This document shows, piece after piece, positions 25,901 to 38,332 of a stretch of 64,000 nucleotides of DNA. This DNA comes from Psilocybe cubensis. Taxonomy: Eukaryota. The notes under the pieces are model-generated. The model did no database searches, was not told where the DNA came from, and worked only from the letters and a program-made list of their open reading frames with translations. The translations under genes were made by a program, and so were the position numbers. Numbering within the stretch: the first letter of the stretch is position 1; each line of letters opens with the position of its first letter. The stretch is taken from positions 682,001 to 746,000 of the forward strand of contig CM039008.1 of assembly GCA_017499595.2 (NCBI GenBank). Reading direction: 5' to 3'.

Positions 25901-26862
25901 GTGCACAATTGCCTTGAAAGGAATTCCATTGTTGTCTGCTGCCTTTGGACGAGGTTGGTCCAGATAGGTTGTATCGACTTCCTCGAATAGATCATCATCT
26001 TCATCGTCTCCATCGTCCAGCTCAACCAAATGGGGTACCTCCGGGTCCGCCAGAAGCTGAGCCGTAAAGGATTCTTGGTCATTGCTCGCAGGAAGCGGAT
26101 CCAGGTCCAATCCGTGTTCATCCTCAAAGATGGGCGAATTGTTTCCGCCGTGCCCATGACTCCCGGATGAATTGTTTCCGCCGTCGCATCCTAGATGGCT
26201 CGGATCCGTGGGATAAGGACACCGCTTCCCATTATGACCCAAATACAACTTGACACCCACTTCCCACAGAGCTCCCGGACGGAAATATAGACCCGTCCAC
26301 TTCTCAACGCGGTGGAAAGGTGTAAATTGATGGTTTCTTCGCAGGCATTCAGAACACAAAATTCTAGAGCCAAAGCATTGGCAACATCTCCACACTCCAG
26401 ACATTCCTTGACATTGCTGACACCGTCCATTCAGATCCGGATCCGGGGCTTCTCCTCCAATCATTGTTCCAAGATACACCTCTCGTTTCGGGAGCCATTC
26501 CCTCAGGTAATCATTTTGAGACTGGATAGGTAAAGTCATCCTGATCATTCTACTGAAAACATGTTAAAACATACCTTTCCTCCCGTTCTGTCGTCATCTA
26601 GCTGTCTCAGGTTATCAAGTACCTGCTGATCAGTTAGATCTCCCGGATAATGAGGTATTTCTTCTTCCAGAATGTTGTGTTCATGGTTTTGGAAAGAGTA
26701 AGTCGTTGTTTGAGGGAGGTTTGTTGATGATGATTCTGCAGGAAGTTTGTGGATCCTCGGCCGCCCTCTCTTTCGTTTCTTGGCCCCACTAGACCAGGAG
26801 GCCTCCCGAACATTGGGAAACTCCTCATCCGATCCCCTATCAGGTACTTTCTTGAAGCCCAT
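22940..26862 (-). CDS. CxC2-domain KDZ transposase (multi-exon)
   Basis: CQQC..WRCCQC..CSEC..H..PFHRVEKWTG, VHTSGVH..CTC, CPACPQPGINL, DGNFK, ACARHGCF, DFDKGEKQ, YDINCQY, FHVHGH, DGEILE.LWS, LDDHMGDSNWKK, RARAQRNRWQEE. Confidence 0.92.
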
Positions 26863-27741
26863 GGATGTTGGAAACAAAGAGTCTGACAGCCTGTGAGCGC
26901 AGATCTAAATGTAGTATAACATGTTTATTTCTGTAGATAAATTTCCCTCAATTATGCCGTTTTAAAGAGGAGAAAAATAGCTTTCATATGATCTATCTTG
27001 CAGCATATTTGGATGAGTGAGTGAAATGTTATGAACAAAACTTAATCCAGAGATGCACAAAATGGACGTGATCCCATCATAAATGTACAATATGATGCAG
27101 AACGACCCTTTCAGAACCACACTTTGGAGTGTTTTTGAAATATCTTTTCACTGGCTGGCCCCTCATTCCTCCGGCGTATATCATATGAAAGATATTTTTA
27201 ATAGCTACCGAATGACATTTTTTGTAGAATGTGAATCCTCGTATTTAAGGAGATATTCTCAATATACTAGAAAATGTGTCAAAATGAGCTCACTGGGATC
27301 ATTATATTTTTTGAAAAAAATTATGCATTTGAATACCTCTCATGGTCTCTGAGATGACTGCCGTTTTGGGTTTCACAAGTTTTGGGTGAGAAGACGTGAA
27401 TTTGAATTTTGTGTTTCTGTATCTTTACAGCCATCTAACAAGAATTTAAAACCTTGTAAGATTATCTTTATATAAAGCGCTAAATGTTTACAAAATTTCA
27501 TGTTTATTGATTGAGTGCAGAGGGAACTATTGCAAAATCATGAGGTCAATGTATGTGACAGCGACCAGCATGCTTTGATCATCGTGGCCGACGATGAAGC
27601 GGGATTACCTGATTGGGAAAAATATGACATCACATCATTCATTTAGTATGATCGGAAGCTTATTTTATCTCCGTATGACGTGAGATTTGACTAGATCACA
27701 CAGATACTCATCGATAAGCTACTTGTTACATCGCTGCAATT

Positions 27742-30052
27742 ATGCCCACCATTGCATCCCCCGACGCGGATCCGCTTCCTTCCACCGCAAATGCCACAAC
27801 CCACAACGGACCCAGAAGCGGACAGACGGCGGAGGGTGACTTTCCGCCGGAAGAATCAAATATATGGACCACAAAGGAAATGCGCGTGTTGAAAAAGCAT
27901 GTACAGCCCTACAAAGATACATCAAAGTCATCCAAAGCAGACTACATACAGAACACTGTCATACCTGAGCTGCAAGCTACATGGGATCACAGATACTCTA
28001 GACGTGCTAGGAAGGAAGATAAGCAACTACACAAAGAATGGAAGGTGAAGAAGCATGTGAGCTCGTTGTTTCTTTGAAAATTTTGTTACACACATAAACC
28101 ATCACAATAGCGAATTTTTAATTGGTTTAGAAACCATGCGTCAAATCGAATTGGTGTAAAATTGGAAGGATTGAACTCCCGTATAACCTTTCAGACGGTA
28201 TTCCGTGAGGAGAAGTCGGCAGAGATTGACTCCGAGGTTGCGCTTCTATCAGGGAATGCTGCTCGTGGAAGTAAAGATTGGATGAAGTTTTATCAACAAG
28301 GACGTAAGCAGGTTGAGGCCAGATTGACTCAGGAGGAGCGGGACAGGTTCATGGAGATCCTCGAGGAATGGAATAAGAAAGGTGTTTCAAAATCAATGAA
28401 GGCAAAGTGAGTCGGTGGAACTTGTTTCCGCCGTCAATCTGACATCTGCAGGACTGCTGCCAGGCAAGGCAGAAAAATACTTCGACAAATGGAGAAACTT
28501 AAGTGGCAGAGAATGGGTATGAGGTCCATTACCTTTGAGGGGCATTATGATATTGAGGGTAAAATCGAATACTCAATGTAAGTGTTAAACACGGCATGAA
28601 CAAGTTCCGCCGTGAATGCTTACGGCGGAAACTTTATCCGCCGTAAACACCCTACGGCGGATAAAGTTTCCGCCGTAAGCATTCACGGCGGAATAATTTG
28701 GCCCGTATTAATGTTGACTGATGGGCATTGAAGGACCCAGACAAGCGATCTAGCACTCGACGATGTCAGAATTCCTTCCTTTGGGCAACTCTTTCCATCC
28801 GAGTTGGCCGCTTTTCGCAGAGCGTTTGTTCAATACCTCGTCCACATTTCAGAAATAGAGAAGGGTGTGGCCAATCCAGCACTGCCAGATGCATCGTTTC
28901 ATGAAAAATCCCTCAAGTTTAGCAGCAATGGATTTCCAATAGTACCTAGTCCTATCTATGGCTCAACTGGGAGAGAAGTCGCTTATGCGCAAAAGTCAAT
29001 TATTAGAATTTACATGAACAAGGTTTATGGTGTGTAATTTGTCTATGTCCTCAACAAACTTGCTAACTATGTATACAGCTTTAGCCAAGGATAGGCCTGG
29101 TTCAAGTGTTCCTTGGGATGCTCTTGAAAGGCGTTCTGCAGAAATGATTGATCCAGAGTATTGGCCAAGTTCAATCCCCGTGACGGATCCGAGCCGGCTC
29201 CGCCTGGAGTCAACTTCTGCAATTCTCAAGCTATGGAGGGACCGTCAAGCGCAAGGAGACATCCCCTTTAAATTCTCAAAGGTTTTTGGAAATGGCTATG
29301 ACATTATGGAACCTCTCTATCCGTCCAACTTGTTTGACGGCCTAGAAGCCCACCCGATACCTCCACCTCCTGCAGCCATAACCAAACGTCGGCTGAGGCA
29401 AAAAGCTATACGACTTCAAACCCAATCTTCAAGCGACTCTGAATCATCCAATCTGTCAGAGTTTGATAATGGACGGGGTAGTCCGGCATCCGCGATGCCA
29501 CGCACTACTGCCAGATTTGAAGTCACGCCAGAGACGGATGAGACTCCTACCGACGCACCTTCAAGATCTAGCGAGCCACCCTCTCTACCAAGTAGATCCA
29601 GCCCAACAATTGTCAATCCATCATCCAGCCCAACTCCAGAGGTTGAGGAGGCGCCTCCCAAGCCAGCTAGAAAGATTATGCCAAGAAAAAGAACAAAGCC
29701 ATATGTCGGAACGGCGGAAATGGACGGACCCGATGAAGAGAGTTCTGTACCCCCCCCAGTTAAGCCAAAACCAACTAGAAGGATTCAACCTAGGAAAAGA
29801 ACAAAGCCCTACTCAGATCCACTTAACACAGTGGAAGAAGATGGAGTCCAAACAGGAACAACCCAAGACACGGATAATACACGGGCCGGCAGGGACGTGA
29901 CTTGTGATGCCTTTGTGGAGACAGTAACAAGTCCAGATACGGATGAAACACGGGCCCGCAGGAATGTGACTTCGGATGCCTTAGCACTTCAGGAAGCAAG
30001 TCTGCTTGCTGTAGCAGGTAAAGGACAAAGAAAAAAAACTTTGAAAGCCTAG
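27742..30052 (+). CDS. Multi-exon KDZ cargo protein (helical, possibly HMG-like N-terminal region; Ser/Pro-rich basic tail)
   Basis: ORFs 27742-28077, 28162-28410, 28804-29037 and 29027-30052 linked by GT-AG introns; domain call tentative. Confidence 0.6.
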
Positions 30053-30330
30053 CTGTTGAAGTAGATTCATGATACCTATTGAATGTGATGCTTTTTATTC
30101 TTATCTTGATGTTTCTCAAACATGTTTTCACACAAAATCAAAACAGAAAGCGGGGTTCATTAAAAATCATCAAGTGCTACTTTTTGGGAGAGGTATAAAA
30201 CAGATGAGCACATGAGAGTAAAAACTATATACAGTCCAAATGATGAAAAAATTGTATAGGGATGTGAGCAATGTAATATATGACAGGCAAAAAAGGAGAC
30301 CAAAAAAAAGTTACAAAGAATTGAAATACA

Positions 30331-32895
30331 CTACTTTTTTTGGGCCTTGGATTTTTTGGGCGAGCGCGATGCTTCAGCCAGAGTCGTTTCCGCCTTTCGC
30401 TTTCGTCCAGCCCTTGTCTTTGTGGCTATGTTCGACGCGGGCAGCGTGGACGCCACGATCTCAACATCCTCCTCCTCCACAATTTCAACCTCGTCGCTGT
30501 CCGAGGGATCAGACAACTCCGATGAGTGTCCATTCCCGGATGGCCCAGCCTTGGAGGATGGCTTAGCCTTTGACAATGGCTTAGCCTTTGAGGATGGGCC
30601 GGCCTTTGACGATGGCGCGGCCTTTGACGATGGTGCACCCTTTGACAACGGTGCGGCCTTTGACGTCGAACTTCGAGGACGTGGAGCTGGGAGAGGGGGT
30701 GGTGGAGACAGGGAAAGGATGGGCGGTACCGGTGGGAGCGAGGGTCGGCCAGCTGGGGGGGGCGAAGGCGCTTCCGGAGTCGAACCGGGCAAGAATAGCG
30801 CTGTTGGTGGCGCAGACACGGCAGGGAGGACGGGTGCGGGTGGAGGTGGGGGAGGGGAAGGGAGGACAGGTGCTGGCGGTGGTGGAGGAGGGGAAGGGAG
30901 AATGGGTGCTGCTGGAGGTGGAGGTGGGGAAGGGAGGGGTGCTGGCGGTGGTGGTGCGCTTGGGGATTGTGGCACAGAGGTGGGTTCACGGGTCCGCGAC
31001 GGACCCGATTCTTGTTCGACCTCCGTCTTGGAGGGTCCTGCTGCCTGTTTGGGGGCGGGATTCCTTTGTTCATCCTGCTCCAGCAAATCGTCGACCACAT
31101 CTCGGACGTGGTTGATCCTCTTGGTGATGTCGTTGAACATCGTGACGGAAAGCGAGGTGCTTCCTGCCACTTGTTCTTTGGCCATGGTCCATTCGGCCTT
31201 CACCTCTTGGATGCCGTCCTCGATGCTCTTCATCCTGTTCTCCACCGCCAAGTTTGTCTCGGCAAACGTCGCAATCCGTGCATTAATCGCCGTCATGGAC
31301 GCGGATAACCCGTCCAGCCGTTCCATGATTCTGCCTTGGCGCTCAAAGAGCTGCACAAGCAGTTCTCCCACATCCTCGGGGAACGACCCTTCCCCGGCCT
31401 TCCCCTTCGCCGGAACATCTTCTCCCTCCTCCAACTTCAACGCCTCCCCATAGCTTCCCAGTGGCGTCGTCAAAAATTGACCCACGAAGGTGTTGCGCCC
31501 CGGGTAGAAGCTGCAGTGGATCTTGCGAGACTTGCAAGACTCGCAAGATTGGTGCTTCACGGGGACGAGAGGCTCAGTGCCTGTCTCCCCCTTGACATAG
31601 CATGGCACCTTGAATTTGATGCATGCCGTGCACCTTTCCACCATGTCCACCATCCCCTCTGGCACCTGGCGCACTTTCTGGGATCTCGACCGCGCCTTCC
31701 TGATGGGGGGGACATCGTCCTCGGTGTCCTTCTTTACGGAACGCGTGCGCATCTTCCGGGTGGGGGTGGCAGTGGGGGTGGTAGGCGGTGCCCCTTTGTT
31801 ATCGCCTTCGTCGTCCTCGTCGACGTCCGCGTCCGCGTCTTCGTCCGTGTGGCTTCCTATGATCGCCTTGCTCCTGAATTTCCCCTGCTTGGACTTCGCC
31901 AATCTTTCCAGCTTCTCCCTGTACGCTGGGTGACCGGGCATGTTGGAGGCGGTAATGTGGGGAATAATTTCCCCCTTCTTTGTCCGTGGGCCCCTGTAAT
32001 CCGCTGGAGCCAACTGAATGGACTCCACGGGGTCCGCCGCTTTCCGTTTGCCCTTGTCTTTGTGGGCGTCTGTCACGGGTCCGTCTTCCACCGGGGGTTC
32101 GACTGCCTTGCCCTTGCCCTTCTCGGCCCGTCTCTTCTCCGTCTCCTCCTTGTTCCTCTCCTCGTCTGTCTCCTGCTCCTGCTCCTGCTCCTGCTCCCTC
32201 TTCCTCCTCTCCTCCGCCTTCTGCCTCTCCTGCTCCCTGGTCCTCCTCTCCTGCTCCCTCTTCCTCCTCTCATCCTTTCTCCTCTCCTCCACCTTCTGCT
32301 TCTCTTCCTCCCTCTTCCTCCTCTCCTCCTCCCTCTGCCTCTCCTCCTCCTCCTCCCTCTCCTCTTCCTCCTCCCTCTTCTTCTTCTCCTCCCTCTTCCT
32401 CCTCACCTCCCTCTTCCTCCTCTCCTCCACCCTCTGCCTCTCCTCCTCCTCTTGCTCCTCCTTCTCCCTCCTCTTCTCTTGCTCCTCCTCCTCCCTCCTC
32501 TTCCTCTGTGCCTCCTGGCCTTCCTGGTAGGCCTTGAAGTTGGCGACTTGATGTTTGAGCGTCGCCCAGTCGACCTCAAACCTGTAGATGTTCTCGCCGT
32601 CCTTGCCCTGGATGACTTTGTACGAGTAGACAACGGGGCTCGCAACATAGTCAATGAGCCGGAAGCGTGCGGCGTCCCTGACATGCTCCTGACACAATGG
32701 AACCTATTGGAATTTTTTTTTTTTTGTTGAGCAAGTCATGATCTTATAAAATTGAGAACTTACCAAGTCCCTGTAAAGCTGCTCCAACTCAGCGTTGAAC
32801 GCGCTTTCACCGTTGCGGTAGCACTCGGTAAACTTTTTTTCCCAGTCAGCGAGGCGTTGGGCGAAGGTGGCGGTGGTGGAAGATGAAGCGGCCAT
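30331..32895 (-). CDS. Coiled-coil + Zn2Cys6-like cluster + Pro-rich protein (KDZ cargo)
   Basis: Exon 1 MAASSS... plus a 788-aa ORF; Glu/Arg/Lys-rich coiled coil; CTACIKFKVPC-x16-CESCKSRKIHC; basic NLS-like C-terminus. Confidence 0.75.
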
Positions 32896-33380
32896 TGAAA
32901 AAAGCGTGTTTTTATGGGGGAAGACGCGTTAAAGTGGTGAGGCACGGTAGAACGTGAGGGTGGTGATCGTGGTTGGAGTTAGTCTAAAAAAAGTCTAAAA
33001 AAAAGCGGTCCCGCAAAACAAAACCATACACAAACATGTACAATCTGAGTCATGTGATTTCTTCACCAGATCCAGTTTGTGCAAAAGTTGCTAAGTTCGA
33101 TACACGGGTGAATCTATTTCCGTGTCATGGAGAATCCTCGGATAGTATTGTATTCCGTGAGATATATAAACAAGCCCACCCAGTTGCACTTTCTGGACTG
33201 TATGTCCTCCTACAACTTTATTCCCACCTCTAGCAAAAATTCCCCCATTGACTACACCAGTCTCAACAATCTTACCAGGCTTCTTGAAAAACTGAAGGAA
33301 CCTCCTCCCGTAAAACCTATAAAATGTAAGACTAATGGCATTAATTCAAGTAAATTTTAATTGATTTCTGAGCATCAGCA

Positions 33381-34559
33381 ATGTCTTCAAATATTAGCAA
33401 CTCTAAGGAAAGCAAACGCACAGCAAGGACGGATGACCTGGCTCCGCCGCCAATGCCAGTCATTCCAGATAACCTGGCTCCACCCCCTATGCCTGTTATT
33501 CCAGATAACCTGGCTCCTCCCCCTATGCCAGTCATTTCATCTAACCTGGCTCCGCCCCCTATGCCAGTCATCCGGAAAGACCTGGCTCCGCCGCCAATGC
33601 CAGTAATTCCAGCTAACCTGGCTCCACCCCCTATGCCTGTTATTCCAGCTAACCTGGCTCCGCCCCCTATGCCAGTCATCCGGAAAGACCTGGCTCCGCC
33701 GCCAATGCCAGTAATTCCAGCTAGCCTGGCTCCACCCCCTATGCCAGTCATTCCAGCTAACCTGGCTCCGCCGCCAATGCCAGTCATCCGGAATGACACG
33801 GCTCCGCCGCCAATGCCTGTCATCCGGAACGACACGGCTCCGCCGCCAATGCCTGTCATCCGGAACGACACGGCTCCGCCGCCAATGCCAATCATTCCAG
33901 ATAACCTAGCTCCTCCCCCTATGCCTGTCATTCCACCTACCCTGGCTCCTCCCCCTATGCCTGTTATTCCAGATACCCTGGATCCTCCACCTATGCCTGT
34001 CATCCGGGATGATGTGGCTCCGCCGTTGATGGCAGCACATGTTTCATACACGTCTGTCGTCGACAAAATCATTATGGACTCTCGTCCAGCTATTTCCTCT
34101 GAGAGGAAGCAAGGTCGCTATTCTCCACCCCCTGAAGCATGCCACCTGCTCCTTCAAAACCCTTATTTTCGAACCTACGGCAGGTTTGATCCCATGGGCG
34201 GCTACCCCGGTTCGCCTCCCACCCAGTCTGACATTGAGTTCGAGGATGTGACAGATCAGACGGCATATTTTAACCCTCCTTTTCTATATGTATGCACTCA
34301 GATATTACCAAGCACTAGATACTGACAACTATTTTAGAATTATACCGAGCAGCAGCTACGGGCAACATACGACCAAATAATCGACAGTTCCGTCGGCGAC
34401 AATAGTTATGACAGCAAGGTCACAACGTTTAAGAACCTCCGCCTGCATCAGCTGCAGTCAGAAATTCTGACTTATAATGCGCTGGAGGAAATTGACGCTG
34501 GGCTGGCAGGGATTGAATCGAGTTTGGAAAAGCATTTGTATACCGGTAGAGATGAATAA
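33381..34559 (+). CDS. Repeat protein with ~16 (L/T)APPPMPVI-type 12-aa repeats (KDZ cargo)
   Basis: 36-bp coding tandem repeat at 33435-34030; intron ~34289-34338; last exon ends ...YTGRDE*. Confidence 0.7.
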
Positions 34560-34637
34560 ATTATTTTTGGAGCCCTTGTGCTCATTGATTCGCAATACCT
34601 CTCAAATATCCCTCCCTCTCTGGGAAGATACGGGTCA

Positions 34638-34955
34638 AATGGGTCCGTCTGACAGCACAACACGGGTCAAGCGGATCCGTCTGCTTGCAATACACGGGAT
34701 GCAAATGGACCCGTCCGGCTCATTTCCGGCCCGTGTTTCTTCCGTGTAGGTAGACGCGCGGATCCCGCAGGCCACCCGGCGGCTCCATTTAGCGCTAAAT
34801 GGCACGTCATGTACGCTATGATTTGCCAGGCTAAATCACACGTACATCACGCTAATCTCCTAATTAGGTAGCGGGAGTAAATCCACCGTATGTCACGTAA
34901 TATCCTTATTATTAAATCTTAGGTAATGTACGTTATAAATAAACTGTCTTATGTG
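34638..34955 (-). repeat. Right TIR of the KDZ element (318 bp)
   Basis: Reverse complement of 19321-19638. Confidence 0.95.
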
Positions 34956-36829
34956 GGTACAGTTAGGTCAAGGTTAGAATGTTTTTTAAGGTGAGTTGCT
35001 AAATTTCCGAGTGCTGGCTTTGGATGCTCATCGTCGAAACTCTTTTCTTTGTCCACAGTCCGTGGAACTGTTACTGACCTAATTTTTATGCAGAGCTGAG
35101 TAACGCGACTAATTTTATGATTGATTAAGTCACTTACTTTTTGCAGTGCCTACACGAAAACTCCCATCGATGAACTCCTTGTACTACAACGGGTACCGGA
35201 TTTCTAAAATGGGCTCGACTATAGTTTGCAGGGCCCTTTTTGTTGTATTTGACTTCTGTTTCTAATGCCTCAGGTACGTCGTCAACATCAATGACCTTAA
35301 TCTTTGCAGATTTGGCTGCGCTTGCTGATTTCTTTGCTTTTTTGTACGACGGGCCCTATTACAGTAAATATTCAATAGTAAGTTAACTTATACTTCTTAT
35401 ATTTCAATGTCTTACCTTGTTAACCTGTTCTCCTTCACTTTCTGTATCAGATACTACTCGCTGGCGCTTTTTTGGGTCATTCTTGCTATCATCAACTTCA
35501 AGCCCGTCCTTATCGAGGGTATATGACAAAATTGAATCTTCGGATGACTCACGCTCCATATTTCGGCGTGGTTTAAATGTAGCGTCATCCTCAGAATTGA
35601 TGTCGGTACACTCTCCATCTAATACAAGGTATTTAGATCTTTTATTCAGGGCTAGACGTGAGTTTAATGTGACATTACCTTTGCTAGGAAGGCTCCGAAG
35701 GTCACGTACAGCACCATTGATTAGATCCTGAGTTATTCCACTCATTTTTTTTGCCTTCTTTTTGGTTTTTGGTACCGGCTTTGTCTTTGCATTGTTATAG
35801 ACTCCTGTTTTCTTAGGAGGAAGTTTTCTAACCAATAGTAAGTACATATTAGATTGAATATAAATGTAGATATTAGTTACGCACGTAAGATATTTGAGCT
35901 CATCAAGTATCCGTTCCAGCTTCATCCCAACAAGGTCAAGGGGAATGTCGGAGACTTCCCAGTTTATTTTGCCTATATACACACAGAGATTTTCCATTCC
36001 AAGCTTTCCACGACGGATATAATGAAAGCGACCGTGCTCATCTCGACAGTCTGCATCTTCTTTAAATAGAATGTCCGTGACACGATTAAATGTCTCAAAG
36101 ATGGCTGAACCCTGACTTTCGATAGGAGCAGTAGGTATTGCAGTATAGATTTTATCGTGCCGTGTAGCCACTGGTATATTGTCCGGAAGCGACGATGAGA
36201 GAAGAGTCAAGGATTTGACAACTTTCTGAATGTGCAAATGCGTAACACGATTGCCAGGCAGAGGTGCTGACATGTCAATGTATGTGGTAGAATTTTCTGG
36301 CTTACTCTTGCAGCCTGCAACGTTGCCAACTCTCAGAAATCACATTTCAGTGAATTTTCTCCGGTTCTTACAGTAACCGCTGTCCCGCAACATTGGAAAT
36401 TGTGTTTTACTAATGCTTATTGGACAATTGAGTTGCTCAGATCAATCCTGGAATAGGGACCGTGTAAACTGTTTGTAAACGGTTTGTATACTGTTTGGCA
36501 TGAAGTACAAAATAAACTAAACAGTAAATGGAATAAACAGTTTGTAAACGATAAACAAACTAAACGATTGGAGCCTTACCTGAATCCAAATATGGATGAT
36601 CAGTAAACAACCCTGAACATGTGCCACCGTGAGAATCAAGTGAGGTGTTGTTTGTTTGGTTCAGGCAAATTAGAATGTGATAAGCTTGCAGTGGCGCTAC
36701 GCAGTGTTGACAATGCTGTGAGGACATCATACTGAGCAGAGAGATGGGCTGAAGAGGGTTTTGCGCGCAAAGCAGCAGAAACGCCCGAAAACCGCAACGG
36801 CTGCTTCCACATTTGGCAAAAACCAACAT

Positions 36830-38332
36830 CATCAGGAAAACAGGCGAAGAATAGAACAAATAGAACTAGCAAAAATATTTAATTATATTTAATATATTGA
36901 TTCTATTTGTTTATTTGTCGAAATAGATCTAAGCCCTCTGATCGGATTGCAAATCGACGTTTAGAAATATATGCCATGTCGGAAACTATTTCAACTGGTA
37001 GAAACGGCACTACAGGTATTTCTAGCATGCACTTATAGAGGAAGTAGAATTTGAGATATAATCAAATAGAACATTGCTTGAATTGAATAGATTTTTACAT
37101 TTTTTAAGCTTCACCCAAATAGTAGAGATAGAAAATTTATATTTTGGTTAATATGTACTCAAAAACATTCATGTACTATGAGAATATCCTAAGAAAAAGC
37201 TACTATTCCTGGTTTCCTGGAAGGGTGGCATGAATTGACAACGGGCGAGGATAGCTAGAAAGCTAATCAGGTTTTGCTGAAGCTACAATAGTACATGTCA
37301 GCAAGCAATATCAACAAGAACAATAACACTCACAGCCTAGCAGACGGCGGCGGTGTTGTCTGTAGTTGTAGGAGTGGGGTAGTTAGGAAGGTGGAAGGAA
37401 TGCACGTACCTCACTCAAAGCCGAGCAGAGATGGCGGTGGTGCGATCTGTAATTGTAGGAGTAGGGTGGTAAGTTAAGGGAGGTGGAGAATGCACGTACC
37501 TCACTCGCAGCCGAGCAGAGACGGCGGTGGTGTCATCTGTAGTTGTAGGAGTAGGGTGGCAAGTTGAGGGAGGTGGAAGGAATGCACGTACCTTGTTGGC
37601 CTCCCCTCACGACTCTCACGCGCCCTTTGTCATGTTTACAGCTGCGGTGAACACATCGTGTTGTTGCATCAGGCGTCGTCCGAGTCGTGTCTTCATTGCG
37701 TTGCGACGGTTGTGCATACGTAGGAGATGGTGGTAAGTTGGGACTTGTGTTGAACGTGAAAAACGCGGGATGGCTTGTAAGTCGGAGTTTGAACATTTGA
37801 TCGAAAAATTAAATCGGATCACTTGTTGGGTGAATAAATATTTCGGCCACGCCAAGTCCGCGGAGAGATCCAACAAGTGCTCCTCCGTTGGAGGAGCAAT
37901 CCATACCCGCTGCGCTTTGTCGGGGTCATTTTGCTGTATCCGTAGTTGAATCTGGTTTCGCATTCAAGTTGGTGATGAGTCGTTTATCGGCTTGATTTTG
38001 TGTCGTGACCGCGTTGTCGGGATAATTTGGGTGTTAAACATTTAATAGTTTGTGTCACCTTTGTGGTGTGGCGGTTATGTCTGACAGTTGTAATGACCTT
38101 TTTTGTAAGGTTACGCGTTCGATCCTGCACGAGCGTCGTTTTTCTGGACTTGATAGAAATATAACTCACCCCTGTAAAACATGGAAAAAAATTCGTTGAA
38201 TAGGATTTGATAGGAAATTTTCATGTAGTTGATAACATTTAGAGAAAAATTGTTAGATAGAAAATGGTTCATTATGTGGACTATCCCTTCTATATCTTAT
38301 ATCTCTTCTAATCCTCGCCTGTTTTCCTGATG
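36830..38332. mobile_element. Non-autonomous TIR element (1.5 kb) with CATCA termini, CMC/Plavaka-like
   Basis: TIR CATCAGGAAAACAGGCGA(A/G)GA(A/T)TAGAA at both ends; 2-bp TSD AT; paralogous empty site at ~42237-42262; internal ~90-bp repeat x3 at 37340-37590. Confidence 0.8.

Larger units (their letters stand above)
19321..34955. mobile_element. KDZ (Kyakuja-Dileera-Zisupton) transposon, 15.6 kb, carrying TET/JBP
   Basis: 318-bp TIRs (19321-19638 and 34638-34955, starting CACATAAGACAG) with no mismatch found by eye; 7-bp TSD GGTACAG (19314-19320, 34956-34962); CxC2-KDZ transposase inside. Confidence 0.95.
3478..36273 (-). pseudogene. hAT transposase split into three pieces (34956-36273, 17042-19320, 3478-3567)
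   Basis: BED finger (CRHCK...NLATHLKKH), STDTWTT, TCDNAATN, RCLAHVINL (CxxH), DVRTRWNYT, IPGTSVSVERLFS. Frame is restored across both junctions: ...NLDLTV|PPVAPNG... and ...DLRSS|LKAQTITESLLSKMWIRAG... Confidence 0.9.
3300..36578 (-). mobile_element. hAT-superfamily DNA transposon (~4.2 kb native size) inflated to 33 kb by two nested insertions
   Basis: TIRs TAAGGCTCCAACCATTTAGTTT (3300) and revcomp TAAGGCTCCAATCGTTTAGTTT (ends 36578), 20/22 match; 8-bp TSD CCTGAATC at 3292-3299 and 36579-36586; subterminal GTTT(A/G)(C/T)AAAC repeats at both ends; hAT transposase inside. Confidence 0.93.

Noticed and set aside
30347-32730. Long plus-strand ORFs (368 and 464 aa, Gly-/Leu-/Ser-rich)
   Set aside because: Antisense shadows of the low-complexity minus-strand gene
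33341-34072. Minus-strand GIGGGA-repeat ORF
   Set aside because: Antisense of the APPPMPVI gene, which has an ATG, an intron and a sensible last exon
3300-36578. Starship or other single giant element
   Set aside because: No tyrosine-recombinase captain gene; the size is fully explained by two nested TIR elements within a small hAT
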